From NCBI GenBank assembly GCA_012270555.1, contig JAAXIC010000048.1:52686-116685 (forward strand): a DNA stretch of 64,000 nucleotides. Direction: 5' to 3'. Below are positions 48,217 through 57,826 of this stretch, in pieces. The notes below the pieces were generated by a model, which worked only from the letters and a program-made list of their open reading frames with translations, was not told the origin of the DNA and made no database searches. This stretch comes from Chloroflexota bacterium (lineage in GTDB: Bacteria; Chloroflexota; UBA11872; VXOZ01). The stretch's first letter is position 1, and every line of letters begins with the position of its first letter. Position numbers and translations under genes: made by a program.

Positions 48217-48939
48217 CTACATCATGCTGCGCGCTACGTTGCCGCCATAGGCCGATTCACCGCGCACCAGAATGCGATACGGGTCCTGCACGCCGGCCAA
48301 TTCATCCACGCTCACGTAGCCCATGGTCATGCTGGTGCGCGTGCCGGTGGTAAGGTTCGTGCCGACGCGGTGGAAGATCTGGCTGTCGATAACGGCTAGG
48401 CCGCCGGCCGGGCTGGGCACGGGCACTTCCTGTGCGCGAATTTCGTCGGTGATGACGTCTTCAACGCTTGATTTCGTGCCGAGATTCTGGATCCAATTGA
48501 AGAGGTGCGTGCCGGGAACCAGATGCGTGCAGCCGTTCTCAACGGTGGCCTCTTCCAGGTAGAACAACACTGTCACGATATCTCGCGTCCACTGCAGCAC
48601 GTCGCGGTGGAGTCCTGTGTACCCGCGGGAGGGTGGATTGAGCGTGGAGTGGTTGTGCCGGTTCGTGATGAGTTCGATGTTGGGCCCCAGCAGCGATTCC
48701 AAGGAGTCAAGCACGAGCGGGCTGGTCGCGGTTTCTCTGAAGATTGGGTCACGATCAAGTACCTGGGAGAGCCGGATTATGTCCCCATTCTTGTCGCGGA
48801 CATAGGGTTCCACCTCATTGGCCACATCGGTGTGAATAGCTTCTTTAAGCCGCGCCACCGTTTCGTCGGACATTCGTCCTGGCAGCCGCAAAAACCCATT
48901 GTGACGAAAGAGCTTTACCTGGTCGTCCGAAAGCGCCAT
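48217..48939 (-). CDS. Phytanoyl-CoA dioxygenase (PhyH) family Fe(II)/2-oxoglutarate enzyme
   Basis: LHRD (HxD), ENGCTHLVPGTH, FHRVGTN and terminal R. Confidence 0.88.
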   Translation of the reverse strand: MALSDDQVKLFRHNGFLRLPGRMSDETVARLKEAIHTDVANEVEPYVRDKNGDIIRLSQVLDRDPIFRETATSPLVLDSLESLLGPNIELITNRHNHSTLNPPSRGYTGLHRDVLQWTRDIVTVLFYLEEATVENGCTHLVPGTHLFNWIQNLGTKSSVEDVITDEIRAQEVPVPSPAGGLAVIDSQIFHRVGTNLTTGTRTSMTMGYVSVDELAGVQDPYRILVRGESAYGGNVARSMM

Positions 48940-49086
48940 ACTCGCACTCCTCTAAGTCATCTGTTCGCGTCGATTGCGTTGCACGCAGTCTTCTAGCACA
49001 ATGATACGCTTCACCGCGCCGTCGTGCATCCAGTATGGAAGAAGCTGCCGGAATCCGGCAAGAACCCTCGAGCAGCTTACAAAGCG

Positions 49087-49117
49087 CCACCCGCCCTGCG
49101 GCGTGCAGGGCGGGTGG
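49087..49117 (-). terminator. Probable intrinsic terminator after the SBP pair
   Basis: 13-bp stem CCACCCGCCCTGC / GCAGGGCGGGTGG. Confidence 0.6.
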
Positions 49118-49152
49118 ATTTCCGCGCAAGCCAAGCGTGGCTTGACTGTCTG

Positions 49153-50544
49153 CTAGCTCTCGATGCGGGCTTTCCATTCGTCGAGAATGGCCTGCATGTC
49201 GTGCTCGGCCGAGGCCAAGCCTTCCTGCGGCGTCAACTTGCCGGAGGTCACGTCGTCAACCAACGGGATCCGCCAGCGGCGGCGCAGTGCCTCGGCTCCA
49301 GGAATACCCACGTTTCCTACACGGTGCGGGATCATCTCGTTCTGCGTTAGCAAGAACGGGTCGTTTTCGTGGAATTCCTCCGAGTGCGTAACGTCGATGC
49401 GGATTGGAATGCGGTCGAAGCGCTTGGCAAATTTCAGATTCCATTCGGGTCGCGCACCGAATTCAATAAAGGCCCAGCCGCCGTCCGGGTTGGCCGCGCT
49501 ATTGCCAATGTGCCACGTATGCGTGCCGCCCCAGGTTGCATGCTTATCGGTCGAGCGCGGGCGTGGATACGTCATGAAATGGAAGGAGAGATCCGGCGCG
49601 TTGACACGCAGCCACTCGCCGCGCTCAGCATACGTCGCCCAGTAGTTGGCGATGCGGCCGTCATTGAAGTGGACGTTAGACCGGATGCCCTGGCCTCTGA
49701 GCTGCTGCACGTTGTCCCAACCACCCTGGAGGTCGAAGATCTTCTTTAGCCACGTGAGCGCCTCCACGGCCTCCGGGCTATTGATCGTGACCGTCCAACG
49801 GTCTTCACTGAAGCGCGAGCCACCGAGTTGCGTCAGGGGAACGATCCACTCATTGTGCCCGCCGCTGCCCCAAAACGGCGCGTAACCGGAAACTGTCAGC
49901 TTGCCGCCGGCATCCACCTTGGACGTCTTAGCGACCACCTCTTCCATCTCATCCCAGTACTGGGGTGGGTTGTCCGGATCCAGGCCCGCCTCCAGGTAGC
50001 TCTCAGTCCGCATGTACATGACACGCAAGTCAGGCGAATATGAGAATCCGTAGAGCTTGCCGTCCCAGTAATTCTCGGCGAAGAGCGATTCCCAGAATTC
50101 GCTCATGTCGACGCCGGACGCCTTGACGCGGGGCAACAGGTCGGTAGCCACTCCTGTGAGCCCCCACTCCGGCGAGAACCAGTCGCCGCCGGAAGCCACA
50201 TCCGGCGAAGAGCCCGCCGCAGCAGCGGTGATTACGGTGTTCCACAGACTGGCGGGCGTAGATCCCACGACGCGGACTTTGTTATCGTATGCCTCGCGGA
50301 AGGCATTGGATATCTCACCGCCGGTGTCTGAGCCAAAGTCGTACTTGGTGGGACTCCAGACGGTCACCACGCCTTCGACCGCGCCTGGCTCCGTCATGGC
50401 TTTGGGCTCATCCGCTGGCGCCTCCGCATCCGCTGGCGCCATCTCTGCTGCCGGCTGGACGCCACAGGCCGCCGCCAGGAGCGTGGCTGCACCAATGCCG
50501 GCTCCCGCCAGCAAACCTCGTCGCGAAACGTGCACTGTCTTCAC
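49153..50544 (-). CDS. Extracellular solute-binding protein, Tat lipoprotein (paralog A)
   Basis: SRRGLLAG...LLAAACG signal, GLDPDNPP.YWDE and WGGTHTW. Confidence 0.9.
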   Translation of the reverse strand: MKTVHVSRRGLLAGAGIGAATLLAAACGVQPAAEMAPADAEAPADEPKAMTEPGAVEGVVTVWSPTKYDFGSDTGGEISNAFREAYDNKVRVVGSTPASLWNTVITAAAAGSSPDVASGGDWFSPEWGLTGVATDLLPRVKASGVDMSEFWESLFAENYWDGKLYGFSYSPDLRVMYMRTESYLEAGLDPDNPPQYWDEMEEVVAKTSKVDAGGKLTVSGYAPFWGSGGHNEWIVPLTQLGGSRFSEDRWTVTINSPEAVEALTWLKKIFDLQGGWDNVQQLRGQGIRSNVHFNDGRIANYWATYAERGEWLRVNAPDLSFHFMTYPRPRSTDKHATWGGTHTWHIGNSAANPDGGWAFIEFGARPEWNLKFAKRFDRIPIRIDVTHSEEFHENDPFLLTQNEMIPHRVGNVGIPGAEALRRRWRIPLVDDVTSGKLTPQEGLASAEHDMQAILDEWKARIES

Positions 50545-50592
50545 ATAAACCTCCTAAACCAAGTTGAATACTACCACCGACACAACCCTCTC

Positions 50593-51984
50593 CTAACCGT
50601 CAATGCGGGCCTTCCACTCGTCGAGGATGGCCTGCATGTCGTGCTCGGCTGCCGCCAAGCCTTCCTCCGGCGTCACCTTGCCCGAGGTCACGTCGTCGAC
50701 CAACGGGATGCGCCAGCGGCGGCGCAGGGCCTCCGCGCCGGGTATACCAACGTTGCCCACGCGGAAAGGAATCTGGGAATTTTGCAGCAACCGGAACGGA
50801 TCATTTTCGTGATACGCTTCCGAATTGGTCACGTCAATACGGATCGGTATGCGGTCGAACCGCTTGCAGAATTTCAGATTCCAATCCGGTCGCGCCATGA
50901 ACTCGATGAATCCCCAGCCTCCATCAGGGTTGGCCGCGCTATTGCCAATGTGCCACGTATGCGTGCCGCCCCAGGTTGCCGCGCGATCGGTCTCTCGCGG
51001 ACGTGGATACGGCATAAAATGGAAGGTGAGGTCGGGCGCGTTGATGTTCAGCCACTCACCGCGCTCAGAGTAAGTCGCCCAGTAATTGGCGATGCGGCCG
51101 TCATTGAAGTGTACGTTGGAGCGAATGCCCTGGCCTCTGAGTTGCTGGACATTGTCCCAGCCGCCCTGGAGGTCGAAAATCTTCTTGAGCCACTCCAGCG
51201 CCTGTACGGCTTCCGGGCTGTTGATGGTGACCGTCCAGCGGTCCTCGCTAAAGCGCGAGCCGCCGAGCTGCGTGAGGGGAATAATCCACTCGTTGTGGCC
51301 GCCGCTACCCCAGAAGGGCGCGTAGCCGGAAACCGTGAGCTTGCCGCCCGCGTCCACCTTCGAGGTCCTTGTGACCACCTCTTCCATCTCGTCCCAATAC
51401 TGTGGCGGGTTGTCCGGATCCAGGCCCGCCTCCAGGTAGCTCTCAGTCCGCATGTACATCACGCGCAAGTCGGGGGCGTAGGTAAAGCCGTAGAGCGCGC
51501 CTTCCCAGTAGTTCTCGGCAAAGAGAGATTCCCAGTACTCACTCATGTCCAGGTTGGAGGTCTTGACGCGCGGTAGGAGATCGGTAGCAACACCGGTCAG
51601 GCCCCACTCCGGCGAGAACCAGTCGCCGCCGGAGGCAACATCCGGCGAAGAGCCGGCCGCGGCCGCGGTCGTAATCGTGTTCCACAGGCTGGCCGGTGTG
51701 GAAGGCACTACACGGACGTTATTGTCGTATGCTTCGCGGAAAGCATTTGCGATCTCGCCGCCAAGATCCGTGCTGAAGTCGAATCTTGTGGGACTCCAGA
51801 CCGTCACCACGCCCTCGACTGCACCCGGCTCCGTCATGGCCTCGGGCGCTTCGGCTTCCGGCTCCGCATCCGCTGGCGCCATTTCTCCAGCCGGCTGGAC
51901 GCCACAGGCCGCCGCAAGGAGCGTAGCTGCGCCAATCCCAGCTCCCGCTAAGAAACCTCGTCGTGAAATGTGCGCTGTCTTCAC
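50593..51984 (-). CDS. Extracellular solute-binding protein, Tat lipoprotein (paralog B)
   Basis: GTG start at 51984 with GGAGG upstream; colinear with paralog A at a 1440-bp offset. Confidence 0.9.
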   Translation of the reverse strand: MKTAHISRRGFLAGAGIGAATLLAAACGVQPAGEMAPADAEPEAEAPEAMTEPGAVEGVVTVWSPTRFDFSTDLGGEIANAFREAYDNNVRVVPSTPASLWNTITTAAAAGSSPDVASGGDWFSPEWGLTGVATDLLPRVKTSNLDMSEYWESLFAENYWEGALYGFTYAPDLRVMYMRTESYLEAGLDPDNPPQYWDEMEEVVTRTSKVDAGGKLTVSGYAPFWGSGGHNEWIIPLTQLGGSRFSEDRWTVTINSPEAVQALEWLKKIFDLQGGWDNVQQLRGQGIRSNVHFNDGRIANYWATYSERGEWLNINAPDLTFHFMPYPRPRETDRAATWGGTHTWHIGNSAANPDGGWGFIEFMARPDWNLKFCKRFDRIPIRIDVTNSEAYHENDPFRLLQNSQIPFRVGNVGIPGAEALRRRWRIPLVDDVTSGKVTPEEGLAAAEHDMQAILDEWKARIDG

Positions 51985-52198
51985 TGTCCCCTCCTTGGTA
52001 TGGAGTGCGATTTGTCTTCGAGAAAACCCTACCACCCTGCACAAACATAGTCAATGACTCGGAACCATCGTATCCTGCTTAGCTGCAAACCACCTCAACT
52101 CTGCGCTCTGTCGTATGGAGATAACTGAAGGCAAGTGGGGACGTTTCGTGCTTCACATGAGGTCGCACTGAGTTGGTCGTGGTATGCACCTCACCCGA

Positions 52199-52272
52199 CC
52201 GTTCGCGCTGAGCTTGTCGAAGTGTGAACGCCTGCCTTACCGTTCGCGCTGAGCCTGTCGAAGTGTGAACGG
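52199..52272. repeat. Two direct copies of REP family B
   Basis: CCGTTCGCGCTGAGC(T/C)TGTCGAAGTGTGAACG at 52199-52230 and 52240-52272. Confidence 0.85.
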
Positions 52273-52416
52273 CATCGAATGCACTTTTCTCTTCTTCCAT
52301 ACACGTGCTTTCCCAAGAGCCAAACGCAAGGCTGAGAGCCCAGGCATATACCCAATCCGGCGTCATTGGTATAATATCTACGGAGTAGTCCTCACACCCC
52401 CGGTTCAACGTGACCC

Positions 52417-53343
52417 ATGCAAAGACTCTTCCGCAATCAAGAACGGCGCTTTGGCTTCTTGCCCGGCCGGCAGCGGCAGCCGGACGTTCCCGATGAACTC
52501 TGGGAGAAATGCGCCGGCTGCGGCGAGATGATCTACTTGGCGGAGTTCGAGCAGAACGCTCACGTCTGCCCTAAGTGCGACCATCATGCCCGCCTGAGCG
52601 CGCGCAAGCGTGTGCAGTTCCTCCTCGATCCCGACACGTTTGTCGAGCGGGACAGCACTATGCGCTCGCAAGACATCCTGAACTTCGAGCGGCCCGAGCG
52701 CAGTTACGAGCAGAAACTCGAGGACGAGGCCGGCAAGGCCGGCATACCGGAATCCGTCATCTATGGCACCGGCACAGTCCGCGGCGAAGAGGTGGTGTTG
52801 GCCGTCATCGACACAAACTTCTTCATGGCAACGATGGGTTCTGTGGTTGGTGAGAAGGTCACGCGCGCCATTGAGCTTGCGACGGAGACACGTACGCCGC
52901 TGGTCATCGTGGCGGCGTCAGCCGGCGCGCGCATGGAAGAAGGCATGTTCTCGCTCATGCAGATGGCCAAGACCTCCGCCGCCTTGACGCGGCTGCACGA
53001 GGCCCGCGTACTTTACGTCTCGGTGCTCACCGACCCGACTCTTGCCGGCGTTACCGCCAGCTTCGCGACCCTTGCCGACGTCATAGTCGCCGAGCCGCAA
53101 GCCACCATCGGCTTCACCGGCCCGCGCCTCATCGAACAGATTACCCACGCCAAATTGCCCGCCGGAACCCACTCAGCCGAATTCATGCTCGAGCGGGGTA
53201 TGGTGGACTGCATCGTGCCGCGCAATGACTTGAGGCGCACGCTGGCGCGCCTCATCGGTCTTTATTCCTCACAGACGTCTGACCCTTCCACCGACGGTAT
53301 GCCGCCGATGAACGGCGGTGTGCAGGCAAAGGCTCCATCCTAA
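52417..53343 (+). CDS. accD: Acetyl-CoA carboxylase carboxyltransferase beta
   Basis: Zn finger CAGC..CPKC, MGSVVGEK, SAGARMEEG, GVTASFA and IGFTGPR. Confidence 0.95.
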   Translation: MQRLFRNQERRFGFLPGRQRQPDVPDELWEKCAGCGEMIYLAEFEQNAHVCPKCDHHARLSARKRVQFLLDPDTFVERDSTMRSQDILNFERPERSYEQKLEDEAGKAGIPESVIYGTGTVRGEEVVLAVIDTNFFMATMGSVVGEKVTRAIELATETRTPLVIVAASAGARMEEGMFSLMQMAKTSAALTRLHEARVLYVSVLTDPTLAGVTASFATLADVIVAEPQATIGFTGPRLIEQITHAKLPAGTHSAEFMLERGMVDCIVPRNDLRRTLARLIGLYSSQTSDPSTDGMPPMNGGVQAKAPS

Positions 53344-53346
53344 GCT

Positions 53347-54297
53347 ATGGCTTACGAATTTGAACATGAACTTGTCGACCTGCGCGAACGCATCGAATCC
53401 ATGGAGTCCGAGCTAAAGAACGGCGCGCCGGAAGATGCGGCGCAGGAGTTGAAGTCGCTCCGTACTGAACTGGAGCGGCAAACGGCGGACGTGTTCGCCA
53501 AGCTCTCACCGTGGGAGCGGGTGCAGCTTGCACGGCACCCGCAGCGTCCCCGCACGCTAGACTTCATCCGGTATGCGTTCACGGACTTTGTGGAACTCCA
53601 CGGCGACCGCCATTTTGGCGACGATTTGGCAGTAGTCGGCGGCCCGGCCCGCCTCAACGACACGCCGGTGATGGTAGTGGGACACCAGAAGGGCACAGAT
53701 GCCCCGGATAACCAGCAACGTAATTTCGGCATGGCGCACCCGGAGGGCTTCCGCAAAGCGCGGCGGCTCATGCTCCAGGCTGAGAAATTCCGGTTGCCGC
53801 TCTTCACGTTCCTCGACATTCCCGGGGCCAGCCCTTTCCTGGCCGATGAGGAGCGGGGCCAGGCGTGGGCAATCGCCGAGAATCTGCTGACGATGAGCCA
53901 ACTGCGGACGCCCATCGTCGTCACCGTCATTGGTGAAGGCGGCAGCGGCGGCGCTTTGGCGCTGGGTATCGGCGACCGCGTCCTCATGCTCGAGTTCAGC
54001 ATGTATTCGGTCGCTTCACCGGAAGGCGCCGCATCCATCGTCTGGAAGGATGCGAAGTTTGCGCCGGAAGCGGCGAATTCGTTGAAGCCATTCGCCCAAG
54101 ACCTCAAATCCCTGGGCATCGTCCACCGTGTGGTACCGGAACCGCCCGGCGGCGCCCATGTCGACCCCCGTGGCGCAGCGTTGGCGCTCAAGACGGCCCT
54201 AGTCGCAGAGCTCGACGCGCTTCAAGAGCTCCCTCTCACCACACTGATTGAACGCCGCTACGACTTCTATCGCTCCCTCGGCATCGTGGCCCCGTAG
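53347..54297 (+). CDS. accA: Acetyl-CoA carboxylase carboxyltransferase alpha
   Basis: ARHPQRP, ELHGDR, NFGMAHPEGFRKA, GEGGSGGALA and VASPEGAASI. Confidence 0.95.
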   Translation: MAYEFEHELVDLRERIESMESELKNGAPEDAAQELKSLRTELERQTADVFAKLSPWERVQLARHPQRPRTLDFIRYAFTDFVELHGDRHFGDDLAVVGGPARLNDTPVMVVGHQKGTDAPDNQQRNFGMAHPEGFRKARRLMLQAEKFRLPLFTFLDIPGASPFLADEERGQAWAIAENLLTMSQLRTPIVVTVIGEGGSGGALALGIGDRVLMLEFSMYSVASPEGAASIVWKDAKFAPEAANSLKPFAQDLKSLGIVHRVVPEPPGGAHVDPRGAALALKTALVAELDALQELPLTTLIERRYDFYRSLGIVAP

Positions 54298-54516
54298 TTT
54301 ATTCCTGCCAATCCCCTCTCCCAGTATCGAGGGGCAAGATGCAGGCCTAAAAAGCGCTTTCACATACCCTTGGTTGAATAAGTCGAGCGGAGAAGCGACC
54401 ATCGCTCCTCCAAACATGAACATCCGGCGCGCTCCCAACGTGGATGGAATAGCACCTATGACGTGGGTACCTGTAGCCGGCACGGCAAAGATCGCGGTTG
54501 ATCCACCGTCAGAAGC

Positions 54517-55275
54517 ATGAACGCACAAGATTATGTTTACACGGTTGCGGTCCTGGCTGACATCCATGGCAATGCGGCCGCTCTACGGGCGGTGCTGAAT
54601 GCTCTTGTTGACCAAAACTTTGATGCCCTCATATTTGCTGGCGACCTTGTCCTGAACGGTCCGCGCCCGGCGGAGACCCTGGACATCATACGTGCTCTTG
54701 ACGTGCCAACAATCTACGGCAACGCCGACCGCTACGTCTGCGATCCAAACCATCCTGATCCCGGCGTGCAGTGGGTACGTGAACAGCTAGATGCCGGGGG
54801 AATCGCGTGGCTGGCCGGCTTGCCGTTCGCGCACCGCATTACTCCCCCGGGTGGAGAATCTCCCACCGATGATCTGCTCATCGTCCATGCCACCCCGACT
54901 GATGTGGAAGCGGTGTTGGCCTTAGAATCTGACCGCTTCGGCCTGCTGCAGGTCACCCCGCAGTCGAAAGCCGAGCGGTTGCTTGGTTCAGCCCAAGCGG
55001 ACCTCATTCTTGGCGGTCACCTTCACTACGCCTCCTCAGGAAAAGTAGGTGAGCGGCGGTGTGCAACCGTAGGTTCCGTGGGCTTTCCGTGTGATGGCGA
55101 CGCGCGCGCCGCCTACGCGATGGCGGCCTGGGACGGCCGGAACTGGCAAGTACAGCACTGCCGCGTTGACTACAACCATCTGCAGGTGGCGGCGGAGATT
55201 GAGCAATCCAGTTTCCCATTTGCCGCAAATTCGGCTGAGCGAATTCGACGGGCTCGGTTCATTCCCCAAGAGTAG
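54517..55275 (+). CDS. Metallophosphoesterase family protein (YfcE/MJ0936-like)
   Basis: ADIHGN, AGDLV, YGNAD, VHATP and GHLH. Confidence 0.9.
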   Translation: MNAQDYVYTVAVLADIHGNAAALRAVLNALVDQNFDALIFAGDLVLNGPRPAETLDIIRALDVPTIYGNADRYVCDPNHPDPGVQWVREQLDAGGIAWLAGLPFAHRITPPGGESPTDDLLIVHATPTDVEAVLALESDRFGLLQVTPQSKAERLLGSAQADLILGGHLHYASSGKVGERRCATVGSVGFPCDGDARAAYAMAAWDGRNWQVQHCRVDYNHLQVAAEIEQSSFPFAANSAERIRRARFIPQE

Positions 55276-55309
55276 CGCGTAGTCCACAGCAGTTAGCAAG
55301 GAACGATTC

Positions 55310-56641
55310 ATGACCTTTGAGTCGAAACACTCCCAACAACCAGCCGGGCTAGACCCTTTAGCGCGTGCCCATGACTTCCAGGTGCGGCAGGCAACGTTGG
55401 GGCGCATCCGGGCCGGGCACCAAGTCATCCTCGCTGAACTCAAGCCCACCCGCGCGCAGATCGACCGGGGACTGGAACTGCACTACAACAGCTTCGTGGC
55501 TGACGCACAGGGGTCGGTGCAACTAAGTTCAACCCACGGCATCGTGGGTGATCGGTTGCGGGAAGAACTGGAACCGTATCGCGAAGAGTTGTCGCGGCAA
55601 GACCTGGGCCCGGAGGAGCTTGGTCGCCGCCTGGCCGCCATCCACTTCAAACGCAAGACCTTCGAATCGGCCTTCGACACGCAGTGGCTCGCGGAGTCGC
55701 AGGCGCTCTACCGCATCGCCGGGGTTGACCTGGGCGTCTGCGATGTCGCCGGACCTGAAGAGAACTCCTTCGAAACGGCACTCGATCGCATTGCGCGCAT
55801 CAACTTTGCACACGATCAACGCGACGACATCATTCGCGTTACCAAGCTTACAGACATCGAACGGGGGATTCGCAGCGGGACGCCGAGCGAGATGTTCCAT
55901 CTGGCTGGCGTCGGCTGCTTCGCGCAAGCATCAGACCCGTTGCGAAATCTCGACTTGCTCTACGCGCTTGGTGTGCGCATGTCCCAAATGACGTACATCC
56001 AAGCAAACGGCCTCTGCAGTTCATACTTGCAGGAGAAGGACACCGGCCTGACGCCCCTTGGCAAGCAAGTAGTGCGGCGCATGAACGAACTGGGCATCAT
56101 GGTGGATTTGGCCCACAGCGGCGAGCGGTCGTCGCATGACATGATCGCGGCCTCAACCGAACCGGTGCTGCTCAGCCACACGGGGTGCCGCGCTGTCTAC
56201 GATGACTCCACGAACCGGGGGTATCTGGAAAAGGTGTTCCAGCAGCCCTATGCCCGCGGCGCAACGATGCCGACGCGACCCGTGAGCCGCAACGCGGACG
56301 ATGCCATGCTCAAGGCCGTGGCCGCGAAAGGCGGGCTGGTGGCGATTTACTCGATCGACTACGTGCTCGGCACCGGGCCGGAGTCGTTCCACACCTGGTA
56401 CCGCCATCTGGAGCACGCGATCAGTGTCGTGGGCAGCGATCACGTCGCCATCGGCACGGACCGCACCTTCTTCCCCACCTGGCAGCCCGGCGCGCTCGAC
56501 TGGACCAACTGGCCCTACTGGACCGTCGGGCTAGTCTGTAAAGGGCACTCAGACGACGAAATCCAAAAGATCATCGGCGGCAACTTCCTGCGCTACGCCC
56601 GGCAGGTGCTCGACAAACGCCCCTGGGGGACGTTCATGTAG
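55310..56641 (+). CDS. Membrane dipeptidase-like (peptidase M19, amidohydrolase fold) protein
   Basis: GLTPLGKQVVRRMNELGIMVDLAH, LLSHTG, RNADD and DHVAIGTD. Confidence 0.85.
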   Translation: MTFESKHSQQPAGLDPLARAHDFQVRQATLGRIRAGHQVILAELKPTRAQIDRGLELHYNSFVADAQGSVQLSSTHGIVGDRLREELEPYREELSRQDLGPEELGRRLAAIHFKRKTFESAFDTQWLAESQALYRIAGVDLGVCDVAGPEENSFETALDRIARINFAHDQRDDIIRVTKLTDIERGIRSGTPSEMFHLAGVGCFAQASDPLRNLDLLYALGVRMSQMTYIQANGLCSSYLQEKDTGLTPLGKQVVRRMNELGIMVDLAHSGERSSHDMIAASTEPVLLSHTGCRAVYDDSTNRGYLEKVFQQPYARGATMPTRPVSRNADDAMLKAVAAKGGLVAIYSIDYVLGTGPESFHTWYRHLEHAISVVGSDHVAIGTDRTFFPTWQPGALDWTNWPYWTVGLVCKGHSDDEIQKIIGGNFLRYARQVLDKRPWGTFM

Positions 56642-56733
56642 TTTCGCCATTGGCACGGGCTTGCCTGTGCATGAGATAATAGACTTACAGTTGACATCAA
56701 TTTGAAGATTTAGACTATTCAACAGGCAATGGC

Positions 56734-57255
56734 ATGCCAGACGTTTTATTCCTTGTTAAGGCGCGCGGTGGAGCAACTATACCCAGAGCCGCAATGCTGG
56801 CTGCTTACCCCAATGGAACATACCGCACGGGCCAGACCGACACCGATGGCAAGTGCCAACTCGACCTTTACCGCATCGATAAGGAAATGAAGGTACTTGT
56901 CGCTGCTGAGGGGCATCTGCCATACCACACAGACCTCATTCCGGGAGAATCGAACGTTGTTCACTTGGAATTAGATCCATCAAAGGATGACAAGAGAGCG
57001 CTTCTTTTCACGCGGAGCACTGGCTACATCCCAGGCATTGAGGGACGCCTCAATCCCCACAAGGATGGCTATGTGTACGCCGAAAACATCGCCATAAACG
57101 GAAGACTTGCAACCCCTGCCGCACATTTTCAGATTGGAGAATGCCTCCATCTGATCGATGTATTTGGCGTCTCAACCACAATCCGTTTCTTGGTCGTAGA
57201 GGGGCAGTTTTCGCTTATTGAATACACCGAACCCAAGGATTACGCGGGGGAATAG
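56734..57255 (+). CDS. Hypothetical protein (N-terminal carboxypeptidase-regulatory-like beta-sandwich)
   Basis: GQTDTDGKCQL and VLVAAEG pattern. AT-richer codon usage. Confidence 0.55.
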   Translation: MPDVLFLVKARGGATIPRAAMLAAYPNGTYRTGQTDTDGKCQLDLYRIDKEMKVLVAAEGHLPYHTDLIPGESNVVHLELDPSKDDKRALLFTRSTGYIPGIEGRLNPHKDGYVYAENIAINGRLATPAAHFQIGECLHLIDVFGVSTTIRFLVVEGQFSLIEYTEPKDYAGE

Positions 57256-57257
57256 GC

Positions 57258-57650
57258 ATGGCGACGGCAGAACAGCATCGAGAGATAAGCTTGCAATTCT
57301 TGGACCATGCGGAGGACGAATTACGGAAGGGTGATCTCCTTCAAGCCTCCGAGAAAGCGTGGGGAGCGGTTTCACACTTTGTGAATTCTGTTGCCCGCCA
57401 ACGGAATTGGCCATTGGGGTCGCACAGGCAATTGATCGAGAATGCCAACAGGCTGATCAACCAGGACCCAGCCAACGCAAGCCAAAGGCGGAGGTTGCTA
57501 CTTTCGATTGAGGCGCTTCATGCCAACTTCTATCACGCGCATTTGGATGAAGTCTTGGTTGGGGAGGGTATCGAGGGTGCCAAGGAACTCATCAGGGATC
57601 TGGAAGATCTCAATAGGTACACATCTGAAATGAACACAACGACCGACTAG
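57258..57650 (+). CDS. PaREP1-like (HEPN-fold) protein
   Basis: GDLLQASEKAWGA, SHR.L and LHANFYH. Confidence 0.8.
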   Translation: MATAEQHREISLQFLDHAEDELRKGDLLQASEKAWGAVSHFVNSVARQRNWPLGSHRQLIENANRLINQDPANASQRRRLLLSIEALHANFYHAHLDEVLVGEGIEGAKELIRDLEDLNRYTSEMNTTTD

Positions 57651-57826
57651 GATTTAGACTTTCTTGTTCGGTTTATAACTGCCCAATGGATCTGAATCGG
57701 TAGGCCGAGTGAACAGCGATTCAGCCCGTATCGTAACCTTAGACGCTCACCCCTCCCCTAGTCTTGCGCCAAACTTCCGATAGCTGTGAGCAATAGGCAT
57801 CCCACGCCATCCTTCCAATTAGCCCC

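Noticed and set aside
50530-51576. 348-aa plus-strand ORF
   Set aside because: Antisense shadow of the SBP paralog B.
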